Below, one piece after another: positions 1 to 8,708 of a DNA stretch of 14,125 nucleotides (the first letter of the stretch is position 1; every line of letters starts with the position of its first letter). Where the stretch lies: positions 1 to 14,125 of the forward strand of contig JBPCLP010000052.1 in the NCBI GenBank assembly GCA_051003195.1. The letters are read 5' to 3'. This DNA is from Candidatus Sumerlaeaceae bacterium (lineage in GTDB: Bacteria; Sumerlaeota; Sumerlaeia; Sumerlaeales; Sumerlaeaceae). Made by a program: the position numbers and the translations under genes. Below the pieces are notes generated by a model that was not told where the DNA came from, searched no databases, and was given only the letters and a program-made list of their open reading frames with translations.

Positions 1-127
1 AACTGCACCAAAAGCCGCGCAGTTGCTCACAGTTCCACAGCTACGACGACGGTTTAAGCACAGGAAGAAAACCAGACGAACCCGCTCAGACTAACATATC
101 ACCTGGACCAAAAACGGGGGCACGCCA
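1..127 (+). mobile_element. Probable right end (terminal IR region) of an IS3-family element extending beyond the left edge
   Basis: 88-127 reads AGACTAACATATCACCTGGACCAAAAACGGGGGCACGCCA. It ends in CA and resembles the CTAACA..CTGGACCA..GGGGG..CA right ends I recall for IS3-family elements. No transposase or partner IR is in the window. Confidence 0.55.
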
Positions 128-395
128 GCTTCGGTCTGGTATTCGGTAAAGCTTGCAGTGAGTGCAGCCACCGTTTTTGGCGTGTGCTGCTGGACTCTCT
201 TTTCGTCGTTGCCATTAGTGGCTGGTCCCGTGGACTGGTATACCATTGCAGGCTCACCACAACGGACGCGGATTGCAAGTGTCGGTTTGCTTAAACGGCC
301 GCGAGCTATAGGGTCGGGACTAAGTTCCAATGACAGGCTATCCCCAAAACAGGTCAGGGTTCAGGGTTCGGGTAAAAGGCGGAAGTTTCTAACCG

Positions 396-547
396 GAGGA
401 AGCGGAGGCCTCGGGGATTGCAGGCCGGGCAATGTCGTCGGTCGCTCCCTCACGGTCACGGTGCCGATTGGTTCCTGAGGAAGCGGAGGCCTCGGGGATT
501 GAAGGCCGGGCAATGTCGCTGGTCGCTGGCTCATGGTCGCGGTGGCG
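396..547. repeat. Imperfect direct duplication, 81-bp period (396-466 and 477-547)
   Basis: Both units begin GAGGAAGCGGAGGCCTCGGGGATTG(c/a)AGGCCGGGCAATGTCG. Manual alignment gives 63/71 identical bases with no gaps. Confidence 0.95.
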
Positions 548-569
548 CGTCGCGCGGCCTTTGCCACGT

Positions 570-1280
570 TTAGCACTTCACGGTTTTGCGCTTTTTGCCC
601 GGGGTGCCGCGGGCAATTGCTTTGTCGATGACGTTGGGCGCGTAGGGCATTTGACAGGAATTGTTTCCGAGGTCGGCGGATACGTGACCGATCTTCCCGG
701 CTGTTGTGCGGGCGACTTCATGGAGCGGAACGACGTAGCAGCCGACGGCGATGAGGAAATCGTTCATCGCATAACGAACGACGTCGGGCGCGGAGTTTAT
801 GGATTTGTGCACGCGTTGAATGAGCTGCTTGAGTTTGGCGAGATCGAGCTGGGAATCGTCTGTGAGAGCGACGAGGCTTCGCAGGGTGCTCCAACCGGCC
901 TGGGCGATGTGAGGGGATGAAGAGTCGATCCACTTGAGGCCGAGTTCCCACCCGTGCGGGCTTTGCGCGGCGACCCAGGCGACGGTGGAGCCGGGCAACG
1001 CGCCGCCCTTTGCGTTGTTCACCCAGCGCTGGAGGTCGGGCTTCGTCATGCGGGCATCGTCGGCAATCAGGCCGGCGAAGTACATGGCGTCGTAGTTGCC
1101 TGTGTCGTAAAGATCGAGAGCCAGCTTGTAATCTTTTTTAATCTTCTTCTGGATCGTCTTCATGTCGCCAATTTTGACGCCAAAGCACGGCTCTCCGACG
1201 CCATGATTGGTCATCAGCATTTTTTTGCAGCTCGGGCTTCCCAGCGACTTCAGTTCGTTGAGAACGTCTTCAGCCGTCAT
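570..1280 (-). CDS. DNA alkylation repair protein (AlkD-like HEAT-repeat glycosylase family), 236 aa
   Basis: Family-typical segments FGVKIGDMKTIQKKIKKDYKLALDLYDTGNYDAMYFAGLIAD, VRYAMNDFLIAVG and C-terminal GKKRKTVKC. Start placed at ATG 1280 (MTAEDVL), preceded by AGGAAG, rather than the ORF-track start at 1352. Confidence 0.88.
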   Translation of the reverse strand: MTAEDVLNELKSLGSPSCKKMLMTNHGVGEPCFGVKIGDMKTIQKKIKKDYKLALDLYDTGNYDAMYFAGLIADDARMTKPDLQRWVNNAKGGALPGSTVAWVAAQSPHGWELGLKWIDSSSPHIAQAGWSTLRSLVALTDDSQLDLAKLKQLIQRVHKSINSAPDVVRYAMNDFLIAVGCYVVPLHEVARTTAGKIGHVSADLGNNSCQMPYAPNVIDKAIARGTPGKKRKTVKC

Positions 1281-1505
1281 TAAGGGTCTCGCTTCCTGTC
1301 GCATGCAGTGGTCAAGGGACCTGTGTCGTGGTAGAGGCACATCAATGTCCATCGTATTTCAAGCGTCTACGGGGAGGTCAAACCAGGGGTTTGGGGGTGA
1401 GTGCAGCGAAACTGAAACGCGTGTATTTTAAGTAGCCGGTAGGGTCTGTAAGGGGTGGTGCGGGAATAGCATTTGGTAAACGGCTATGCTACACAGGTCG
1501 TCATT

Positions 1506-2465
1506 ATGGTGAACCAAACGCAGTTTGAATACGGCGCGCCTGCGGGCGACGCCGCGATGTCGACATCCGCGGACGTGGGTCCAGCGGAACCCGAATCGGT
1601 GAGCGCGTCGGCGATGCCGGACTTCAGCGATTGCGATTCTTCAGCCCCAGGGTCGATGGCGGCAGCGGACGACGGACTGGTGGACGAACTGGCCGAGGAG
1701 CCACTTTGCGGTGAGCCACTTCCCGACGACCGGCGACCGGATGGTTACAGGGATCTGACTCCGCGGGACCGGGAACCAATCATTGAAGTGCCGGAGCCGC
1801 CGCCAACGATCTATGACCTGATCTGCCCGCCGTACGGCTCAGACGCGTTCAAGGCGCGTCCGGCGCATTACCGCGAAATTTACAACGCCGCGCTGAAGGC
1901 ACAGCCGTATCTTCGAACGCTGACGACGCTGGAGGAATTTGAAGCCGAGGCCATCTATATGGCCCGGATGTTTATCAAACACCCTGAACTGATGCAGTTG
2001 TCGGGGGACATCATGGGGTTCATGACGCCAGACAACAGCGGCTTTATGGAGAGCTACCGTAACCCGTGGGAGCGGGCGAGTAACTGGATCGATCCGGACA
2101 TGTCGGACGCGGATCCTGCGAGTGTGGAACTGTACCTGGAGCGCGGGCGCAAAAAGGTGGCGCAGTATACGAACACACTGATGCATAAGATGATCGTCAA
2201 ACGCGAGCGGATCAACCCGGACGAGTGGCGCGCGGTGCTGGCGATCTCGGCCGCGCAGAAATACTGCGCGCAGACGTCGGCGAAACGGGGTCGGGGCCGG
2301 CCGATCAGCACGAACGCCCGCGCGGAGCGCGAAGTGCGGCGGGCTATGCAGGGGCACGGCGGCCAGCGCGAGAACTCGGGGCCCAGGGTCAGGAGCAAGA
2401 GGCGAGGGAGAGCAGAGGAGGAAGAGCAAGAGGAGGACGAAAAGGGAGAAGAGGAAGAGCAGTGA
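1506..2465 (+). CDS. Hypothetical protein with acidic low-complexity termini and an AT-hook-like KRGRGRP motif
   Basis: Long ORF with GC-biased third positions. First ATG at 1506 (in-frame TTG at 1473; start uncertain). No family recognised. Confidence 0.7.
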   Translation: MVNQTQFEYGAPAGDAAMSTSADVGPAEPESVSASAMPDFSDCDSSAPGSMAAADDGLVDELAEEPLCGEPLPDDRRPDGYRDLTPRDREPIIEVPEPPPTIYDLICPPYGSDAFKARPAHYREIYNAALKAQPYLRTLTTLEEFEAEAIYMARMFIKHPELMQLSGDIMGFMTPDNSGFMESYRNPWERASNWIDPDMSDADPASVELYLERGRKKVAQYTNTLMHKMIVKRERINPDEWRAVLAISAAQKYCAQTSAKRGRGRPISTNARAEREVRRAMQGHGGQRENSGPRVRSKRRGRAEEEEQEEDEKGEEEEQ

Positions 2466-2566
2466 GAAGAGCGGGCGCCGTATTGAGCCGGCGCAGGCGA
2501 ACTCTCCTCTTGATCTGGCGGTGGAAGCTGTCCGCCTGAGGCGTGGTCTGAAGGAGGCCTTTGACT

Positions 2567-5545
2567 ATGCGCACGTTGTGGCAGTTGGCGACGTTGATCG
2601 GATTGGGAACGACGATTTCGGTCGGAGCTGCAACAGCGGCCGTGGAGGGGGTCGAAACGCGGGCGGCGCGTGTGGGGGAGGCTACCTACTTCCGGGTGCG
2701 TGTGCCGATGCCGGCCGACGCAGCGACCGGGCAAAGTTTCCAGGCGTTTTCACGGCGGGCAGTAGCGCCGAAGTTTCCGCTGTTGGTGAGTAATCCGGCT
2801 TTTGCGGCGCCGTGCTACATGGAGGCCGACCAGCGAAACCATTGGGAGCCGATCCAGTCGAGTGATGTGTTCTACGGGAAAACTTCGCTGCCGGGGCCGC
2901 TGAAGCTCCGGCTGATTTATCCGAAAAAGGAAGGTGGGTGGAGCAGCGCGGATGTCTCGGTGGACCTGAAGAGCGCGGAACCAATGACGCCGCGCACGGT
3001 TGCCGGGGAGGCGGGGACTTCGACGTCGGAGCTGTCGGTTGAGCAGCAGTTCGCCCGGGCGCAGGCCACGCATTTCGAAATCATGAACCGGGTAGTGCCT
3101 GATGACGCGGGGTTCTTCAGCTATGCACGCCTGCACACGCTGCGCGCGGCCAAACTGCCGACGGAAGATTTGCGTGAGCAGCAGGGCTGGGACCGAGGGG
3201 CGCGTCCGCGGGATCGATTGTACGACACGGCGACGGGTGCGCGCGCGATCCAGGAGACGCTGCAGATGGACCGGATGCTGCGCAGTGACGCGGGCGCATC
3301 GGAAGCGCGGAGCATCGACATCTCGGCGGTGGAGGGCGTGAAAACAAAGTCTCATCCATTTACGGAGATGCTGAAGGACAAGGACCCAAAGTTTTCGGAG
3401 ATTGCGAAGCTGGTGCCGGCCGACCAGTATATGCTGCGCTTTACGAGCACTGCGAAATTGCAGGAGCTGGCGGACTTTGCGCAGACGTGGGGGCATTCGC
3501 TGCTGGAGTCGCCCGAGGTGGGCGGCGCCGACGCGGGGTTGCGCGCTCGTGTGCAGAAGCAGATCTGCCTGCCATCGACGCTGCTGAGCCGGGTGCTGGG
3601 GCCGGCGATTATAAAGGAGTTGGCGGTGACCGGGTCGGACCCGTTTTTCCGGGAGGGAACGGACATCACCGTAATTTTCGATACGGTTTCGCCGCAGTTG
3701 TTCAAGGCGGCGGTGGACACCTACTGGAAAGCGGCGGTTGCGGAGAATCCGAGTGCGGACACCAAGGGCGAAATGATCGCGGGTGCGAACGTGGAGAAAA
3801 TCGTATCGCAGAATCGAACGGTAAGCGCGTACCGCGCTGTGCTGGGCAACAGGGTGTTGTACTCGAATTCGCGGGCTGGTTTGCAGCGCGTGCTGGAGAC
3901 GGCGGCGAAGCCTGAGGGGTCGCTGGCGTCGGCGGAAGATTTTCAATACCTTCGCGCAGTGTGGCCGCAGGACGAGCAGTTGGAGGACGGATTTCTTTAC
4001 CTGAGTGACGCGTTTATACGGAAGCTGGTGGGACCGGCGACGAAGATCAAAGAGAAGCGTCGACTGGAGGCGTATGGTTCCATGCGCATGGTGTTGAACG
4101 CGGCGATGCTGCACGGCTATCTGAACGGTCCGGGCAAGACGCCATCGCTGGAGCAATTGAAGAGCGCGGGCCTGTTACAGGACAAAGACCTGGCACTGAA
4201 CGAGGGGAAGTCGGCATGGTTGCCGGAGACCGGCACGATAGAGAGCAGCGTGCATGGCACACCGGCGTTCATGACACCGCTGTGTGAGCTGCCGATTGAC
4301 AAGATTACGAAACAGGAACAGGATGAGTACGTGCGCTTCCGCGACCGATACCAGGAGTACTGGCGACGGTACTTCGACCCGATCGGAGTGCGGATCAAGG
4401 TTGGGCAGACGATCAGCCTGGATGCGTACATCCTGCCGCTGATTGAGGAGACGCATTACCAGAACCTGAAGCGACTGACAGGTGACAAGCCGGGCAAGTT
4501 CGACCTGTCGCGCATCTCAACAGGCACTCTTATGCGATGGCAGGCGCGACTGGACATGGAGGCGAGGGAGGTACGGGACGCGCGACAGATGGTGGGTTCG
4601 ATGTTTGGCCGCGACAGTGCGATGACGGACTGGATCGGCAAGTGGTTTGCGGTGTGGCTGGACGACGGCCCGGCGGCGAATCATTTGCTCGACGATATTT
4701 TCGAGCATGAGTTCCGCGATGCGGAAGAACGGGAGTCCGGCTCGCGAGAGAGCCTTGCGTCGTTCCTTGAAGTGCCTGTAGCACTGGGTGTGGACGTGAA
4801 GAACAGGTTTAGCCTGGCGGCATTCCTGGTGGCGCTGCAGGGGATGGTGAAAGCGGCCGCGCCGGACCTCGTGCGGTTTGTTCCGCAGGATCCGTATAAG
4901 GGGCAGACGTTCGTGAAAGTGTCGCCGGGCGAGAGTGGACCGCTTGGGCGCGAACTGCAGCGGGATGCACGGCGCGCGAATGAGGCGGGCAGTGCAGATC
5001 CAGCGACCACAGCGCCGGACCTTGGGCTTTTTTATGGGACGATTGGTGATGCATTTTACCTGACCACCAAGAAGTTCGTGCTGGAGCACCTGACAGATGC
5101 GCTGGATACACAGACCAGCGCGACAGGCCGGGAAATCGAATACAATGCCCTGCTGACGGCGTCGCCCGCGAACGCAAAGCAGGCGCGTCCACTGGTGGAG
5201 AAGGCACTGGGCCAGGCAACGCGCGCGATGGAGCGCACGCGGCTGCGGCAGGCGTGGCTGCTTTACCGATGCGGGCTGGCGACATCCGCAGATGACGTGA
5301 CTTCGGCTGCACAAACCTGGCTGGGCGGCGAGATTTTGCTGCCGTCGGGCGGGAAGATCAGCTATGATGCGGCGAACGATGAGCCGATCAGCTCAGTCTA
5401 TGGCCCGGTTCGCTCGATGAAAAAAACGGCGAACATGCAGAGCAATCCCCTGCTTCAGTTGTTCGATTCGATTGCGCATGTTCGGGCGTGGCTGTCGTTC
5501 ACGGAGGACGGGTTGATGACGCATGTGGAACTGGAGCGGAAATAG
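2567..5545 (+). CDS. Large secreted protein of unknown function, 992 aa
   Basis: Strong SD AAGGAGG at 2551-2557, 9 nt before ATG 2567. Signal-peptide-like N-terminus MRTLWQLATLIGLGTTISVGAATAA. Uninterrupted ~3-kb ORF with host-like codon usage. Confidence 0.9.
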   Translation: MRTLWQLATLIGLGTTISVGAATAAVEGVETRAARVGEATYFRVRVPMPADAATGQSFQAFSRRAVAPKFPLLVSNPAFAAPCYMEADQRNHWEPIQSSDVFYGKTSLPGPLKLRLIYPKKEGGWSSADVSVDLKSAEPMTPRTVAGEAGTSTSELSVEQQFARAQATHFEIMNRVVPDDAGFFSYARLHTLRAAKLPTEDLREQQGWDRGARPRDRLYDTATGARAIQETLQMDRMLRSDAGASEARSIDISAVEGVKTKSHPFTEMLKDKDPKFSEIAKLVPADQYMLRFTSTAKLQELADFAQTWGHSLLESPEVGGADAGLRARVQKQICLPSTLLSRVLGPAIIKELAVTGSDPFFREGTDITVIFDTVSPQLFKAAVDTYWKAAVAENPSADTKGEMIAGANVEKIVSQNRTVSAYRAVLGNRVLYSNSRAGLQRVLETAAKPEGSLASAEDFQYLRAVWPQDEQLEDGFLYLSDAFIRKLVGPATKIKEKRRLEAYGSMRMVLNAAMLHGYLNGPGKTPSLEQLKSAGLLQDKDLALNEGKSAWLPETGTIESSVHGTPAFMTPLCELPIDKITKQEQDEYVRFRDRYQEYWRRYFDPIGVRIKVGQTISLDAYILPLIEETHYQNLKRLTGDKPGKFDLSRISTGTLMRWQARLDMEAREVRDARQMVGSMFGRDSAMTDWIGKWFAVWLDDGPAANHLLDDIFEHEFRDAEERESGSRESLASFLEVPVALGVDVKNRFSLAAFLVALQGMVKAAAPDLVRFVPQDPYKGQTFVKVSPGESGPLGRELQRDARRANEAGSADPATTAPDLGLFYGTIGDAFYLTTKKFVLEHLTDALDTQTSATGREIEYNALLTASPANAKQARPLVEKALGQATRAMERTRLRQAWLLYRCGLATSADDVTSAAQTWLGGEILLPSGGKISYDAANDEPISSVYGPVRSMKKTANMQSNPLLQLFDSIAHVRAWLSFTEDGLMTHVELERK

Positions 5546-5665
5546 CGCGGGCGGAGAACGGCTAACGTAACGCGTCGGAGGTCAGGTTGTCCAGACACTT
5601 GGCGCTTGGAATGGGGTTTTGCGGATGCGACGAGTTGGTAATATCGCAACTTGAAATCACAGCTG

Positions 5666-5694
5666 GGTCGCTCCTTAACAGTCGCGATACCGAT
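5666..5694. repeat. Dispersed copy of the REP-like motif at 440-468
   Basis: GGTCGCTCCTTAACAGTCGCGATACCGAT versus GGTCGCTCCCTCACGGTCACGGTGCCGAT: 23/29 identical, ungapped, both intergenic. Confidence 0.7.
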
Positions 5695-5735
5695 CCATTC
5701 GATTTGGTTTTATCTGGTGAGGAGTTCGCATCCGT

Positions 5736-8708
5736 TTGTTAACTGGCGTGGGTAAGCCTGGAGTGGCGCCCGGTTTCGAGGCGCTGTTGCGCCGGCTGGT
5801 GCTCGCGTGTGTGGCGGCGGCGGTGTACATGGCTGCCCTGGTCTACCCATGGCGACTACCTGACGAGCTGTTCAGGCAGGTGGAGCGACAGCCGACGAAC
5901 GCCAGCTTCTGGGCGTGGCTGTTTCATGATCAGCTTCGCAGCCAACTGATGTACACGCATTCGACTCTGCTGTATAAGGAGGCGGTGGCGCAGGCGCTGC
6001 TGCTGACGGGGCTGACGGCGTTTTTCGTGATGGTGATGTTGCGGGCGCTTCGGGAGCGAAAGTCGGCTGCCGGCGCGCAGGGGACGGTTGGCCGGCTGCG
6101 GCGCTGGATGACGGATCCTGCTGCGTGGTCAATGGTGCTGTTGCTGTACCTCGCGGTAACGTTGTTCGGCGTGCGAATCGGGAAATGGGAACTGCTGCCG
6201 GGCTCACCGACATTCCACTACAGCATGCGAACGTGGTTCACGTTTGCGCTTGGTGTGTTCGCGGTCCTGGCGATCCCGCTACTGCGGGTTGGTCGGGGAT
6301 GGACCGTTCAGTTCATGGCGGCAGTGACGGGGTGCGGAGCATTGGTGGCGTTTATCGCACTTCTGCAGCATGTGGGGCTCGCGGGATTTTTTCTGCCACC
6401 GTTCGATGATCCGCGCAACCGAATGAGTTCGCTTATCGGGCACAACACGGGCATGTCATCGTGGCTGATGTTCCCTCTCAGTTTCGCATTATATTTCATG
6501 CTGGCCGGCGGCCGCAGGCGGGTGCGCTGGACGGCGACTGTATTGGTGGGGCTGTTTCTGTTTGTGATCCTGGCGGCGCAAAGCCGGGCGATCTGGGTGC
6601 TGGGTGCGGCGGTTACCGTGGTGTCGGTGGCGGTGCAGTTCAGGTTGTTTCATCGGCGGATGCGCGCACGGAATGTGCTGATTGGCGTAGCAGTGGTGAC
6701 GGCGCTGGTGTCAGTACAAACAGTGGGTCGAAGCTGGAATCCGCTGGCGCGGACGCCGGAGCCTCTGTTTGTAAGGCTGAAGAATAACCTGCTCAACCTC
6801 GACCAGCTTCGCCGTGAAACGCGGCTTCGCACGGTTGTTGTTTCCCTGAAAGAACTGGTGCCGAAACACCCCATCGAGGGCACCGGGTTCGGAACATTCC
6901 AGTGGGTGTATCCGCCAGCCCAGGGCAAATACCTGCTGGACAATGTGGATACGCGGCTGGGTTACACGCGCAAGCGGACCGACTTGATGCATAATGATTA
7001 TGTGCAGCACCTGGTAGAGGCGGGGATTGTCGGGTGCGTGCTTTTGGTCATCCCGGTGCTGCTACTTCTGGGGGCGGGTGTGCGGGCGTTGCGCCGCGCA
7101 ACCATTCCGCACGATCGTGCGCTGCTGATCGCGCTGGTCCTTCCTGTTGCCGGGGTATCGCTGCACGGTCTCGTGGATTTCCCGTTCCATGTCATGCCCA
7201 CCGCGCTGTTGACGGGAGTTTCGCTGGGCGCCTTTGCCGCGGCGAGCAGGTGGACGGGTACTGCCGGAGTTTCAAACGGGGGACCCCTGATGATTCACGC
7301 AGGCGGGGAAGCCGATCGCCGCATCGGGGTCCGCTGGAAAGCGGTGGCGGGGCTGGCGGCGGCGGGAAGTGCGCTGTTCTGGGTGCCGCTGGCAGCACGC
7401 AACCTTATCTATCGCGAATTTGCTTCTGACATTTACATGTCCGATGGCCAAAACTGGCTGCAGAGCTTTGGCAAAATACCGAAAGATAATTTGCAGCTCC
7501 AACTGGCTTGCCTGGACCGCGCTCGCCTGTCCTTCCGTAATGCGATCGTGACGCAGGTGTTCAATGGTGCGGCATACGAGGGGATGGCGATCATGTATTC
7601 CCGCCGTGGAGCGACGCATTTTTTCCGTGCGCGGGCGGCGGAGCGCCAGGGCAAGGCAAAGGAAGCAGAATCGCTGTTTGCGGCGGCGCGTGGCGATTTC
7701 GAAGCTGCAATTACGACGGTGCAGAACCAGATGCACAGCGGTGAGCTTCGGTATCATCACACATACTATCTTATCGGCAACAGCTACCGCTCGCTCTGGC
7801 GGATGAAACCAGATGCAGCGGACATCCGGCAGATGAACTACCTGAAGTCGGCGCGCAACGCGTACGAGATGGCCATCGAGACGAACGTGGCGGATGTCAA
7901 TTCGCTGCTGGAACTTTCCGAACTGCTGGAGACGATGCCACAACCGGACGCAGCGGGTGCGGCGAAGTACCGCCGCCTGATGTTCAAGGTGGATGCTGCG
8001 TTTGCCCAGCAGATGCTGCTGGAGGCACCGATTACGCTGGCACAGCAAGGCGACCCGGCGTCGGCATTGGAACGGCTGGAACATCTGCGCAGGCAATTGC
8101 CGGATGTGCCTCAGATTGCAGCCGCCACGGCGCTTGGTTATTTTTATAAGGCGGTATGGCCGCCGCCGCAACTGGATAAGGAAGACACGCCGGTGAGCGC
8201 GACGCTGGCGTGGCGACGCGAGGCGCTTGCGCCGGGTGAACCGCTGGCAAAGTCGATTGCGAATGAAAGGAGTCCCGGTGAGGAGGCTGATCGGCTGCAG
8301 ATGCTGTATGCCATGGCTCGTGGAGACTATCCGCAGGTGGGCATTTACGCCGAACGAATCAAGGCGTACCCGCATAACTTTGAAGCAATGGCAATGCGCG
8401 ATCTCGCGGCGGAGATGCTGCACGGAAACAAGGTGGACTCGTCAACCGAGCGGCCGTATTATCGTGCGAAGAACCTGTATGGGATTACCTTTGGCAGGGA
8501 CAAACGCGTAGCGGCGATGAACCTGGGAGCGCTGGCCTTTGAGACGAAGTTGACGCTTGCCGAGGCGACGCGGCTCCTAACGTTTTATCAGAACAATGGT
8601 TGGGCAGATTTAACTCAGCGAGTGCTGCCGGAGATATTGAAGCACTATCCAAACGAGCCCGCGCTTGTGAAGTATGCCGGTGGTGGGCAGGCGACAGGAG
8701 CAAAATGA
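5736..8708 (+). CDS. O-antigen ligase (Wzy_C)-family polytopic membrane protein with C-terminal TPR-like region
   Basis: Many hydrophobic segments in the N-terminal ~550 aa. Motifs AQSRAIW, HPIEGTGFGTF, MHNDYVQHLVEAGIVG and LHGLVDFPFH. TPR-like helices AAYEGMAIMYSRRG and TYYLIGNSYRSL..SARNAYEMAIETN. GAGGAG upstream of the TTG start (start uncertain). Confidence 0.88.
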   Translation: MLTGVGKPGVAPGFEALLRRLVLACVAAAVYMAALVYPWRLPDELFRQVERQPTNASFWAWLFHDQLRSQLMYTHSTLLYKEAVAQALLLTGLTAFFVMVMLRALRERKSAAGAQGTVGRLRRWMTDPAAWSMVLLLYLAVTLFGVRIGKWELLPGSPTFHYSMRTWFTFALGVFAVLAIPLLRVGRGWTVQFMAAVTGCGALVAFIALLQHVGLAGFFLPPFDDPRNRMSSLIGHNTGMSSWLMFPLSFALYFMLAGGRRRVRWTATVLVGLFLFVILAAQSRAIWVLGAAVTVVSVAVQFRLFHRRMRARNVLIGVAVVTALVSVQTVGRSWNPLARTPEPLFVRLKNNLLNLDQLRRETRLRTVVVSLKELVPKHPIEGTGFGTFQWVYPPAQGKYLLDNVDTRLGYTRKRTDLMHNDYVQHLVEAGIVGCVLLVIPVLLLLGAGVRALRRATIPHDRALLIALVLPVAGVSLHGLVDFPFHVMPTALLTGVSLGAFAAASRWTGTAGVSNGGPLMIHAGGEADRRIGVRWKAVAGLAAAGSALFWVPLAARNLIYREFASDIYMSDGQNWLQSFGKIPKDNLQLQLACLDRARLSFRNAIVTQVFNGAAYEGMAIMYSRRGATHFFRARAAERQGKAKEAESLFAAARGDFEAAITTVQNQMHSGELRYHHTYYLIGNSYRSLWRMKPDAADIRQMNYLKSARNAYEMAIETNVADVNSLLELSELLETMPQPDAAGAAKYRRLMFKVDAAFAQQMLLEAPITLAQQGDPASALERLEHLRRQLPDVPQIAAATALGYFYKAVWPPPQLDKEDTPVSATLAWRREALAPGEPLAKSIANERSPGEEADRLQMLYAMARGDYPQVGIYAERIKAYPHNFEAMAMRDLAAEMLHGNKVDSSTERPYYRAKNLYGITFGRDKRVAAMNLGALAFETKLTLAEATRLLTFYQNNGWADLTQRVLPEILKHYPNEPALVKYAGGGQATGAK

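Noticed and set aside
158..478. 106-aa plus-strand ORF with a signal-like start
   Set aside because: GTG start without a clear SD, runs into the repeat, and no family is recognisable.
396..547. CRISPR array
   Set aside because: Only two units, the would-be spacers are homologous to each other, and there are no cas genes.
361..576. 71-aa minus-strand ORF with repeated TLPGLQSPRPPLP
   Set aside because: The peptide repeat simply reflects the 81-bp DNA duplication; no independent coding evidence.
2750..4156. 468-aa minus-strand ORF (also 4517-5314, 7272-8423, 8753-9445, 1839-2429, 2054-2734)
   Set aside because: Antisense shadows of GC-rich genes: Arg/His/Ser-rich, no recognisable motifs, overlapping better-supported CDSs.
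8600..8704. ORF-track N-terminal extension of the DUF4838-like gene
   Set aside because: It would overlap the ligase gene by over 100 bp; the ATGA-coupled start at 8705 is more plausible.
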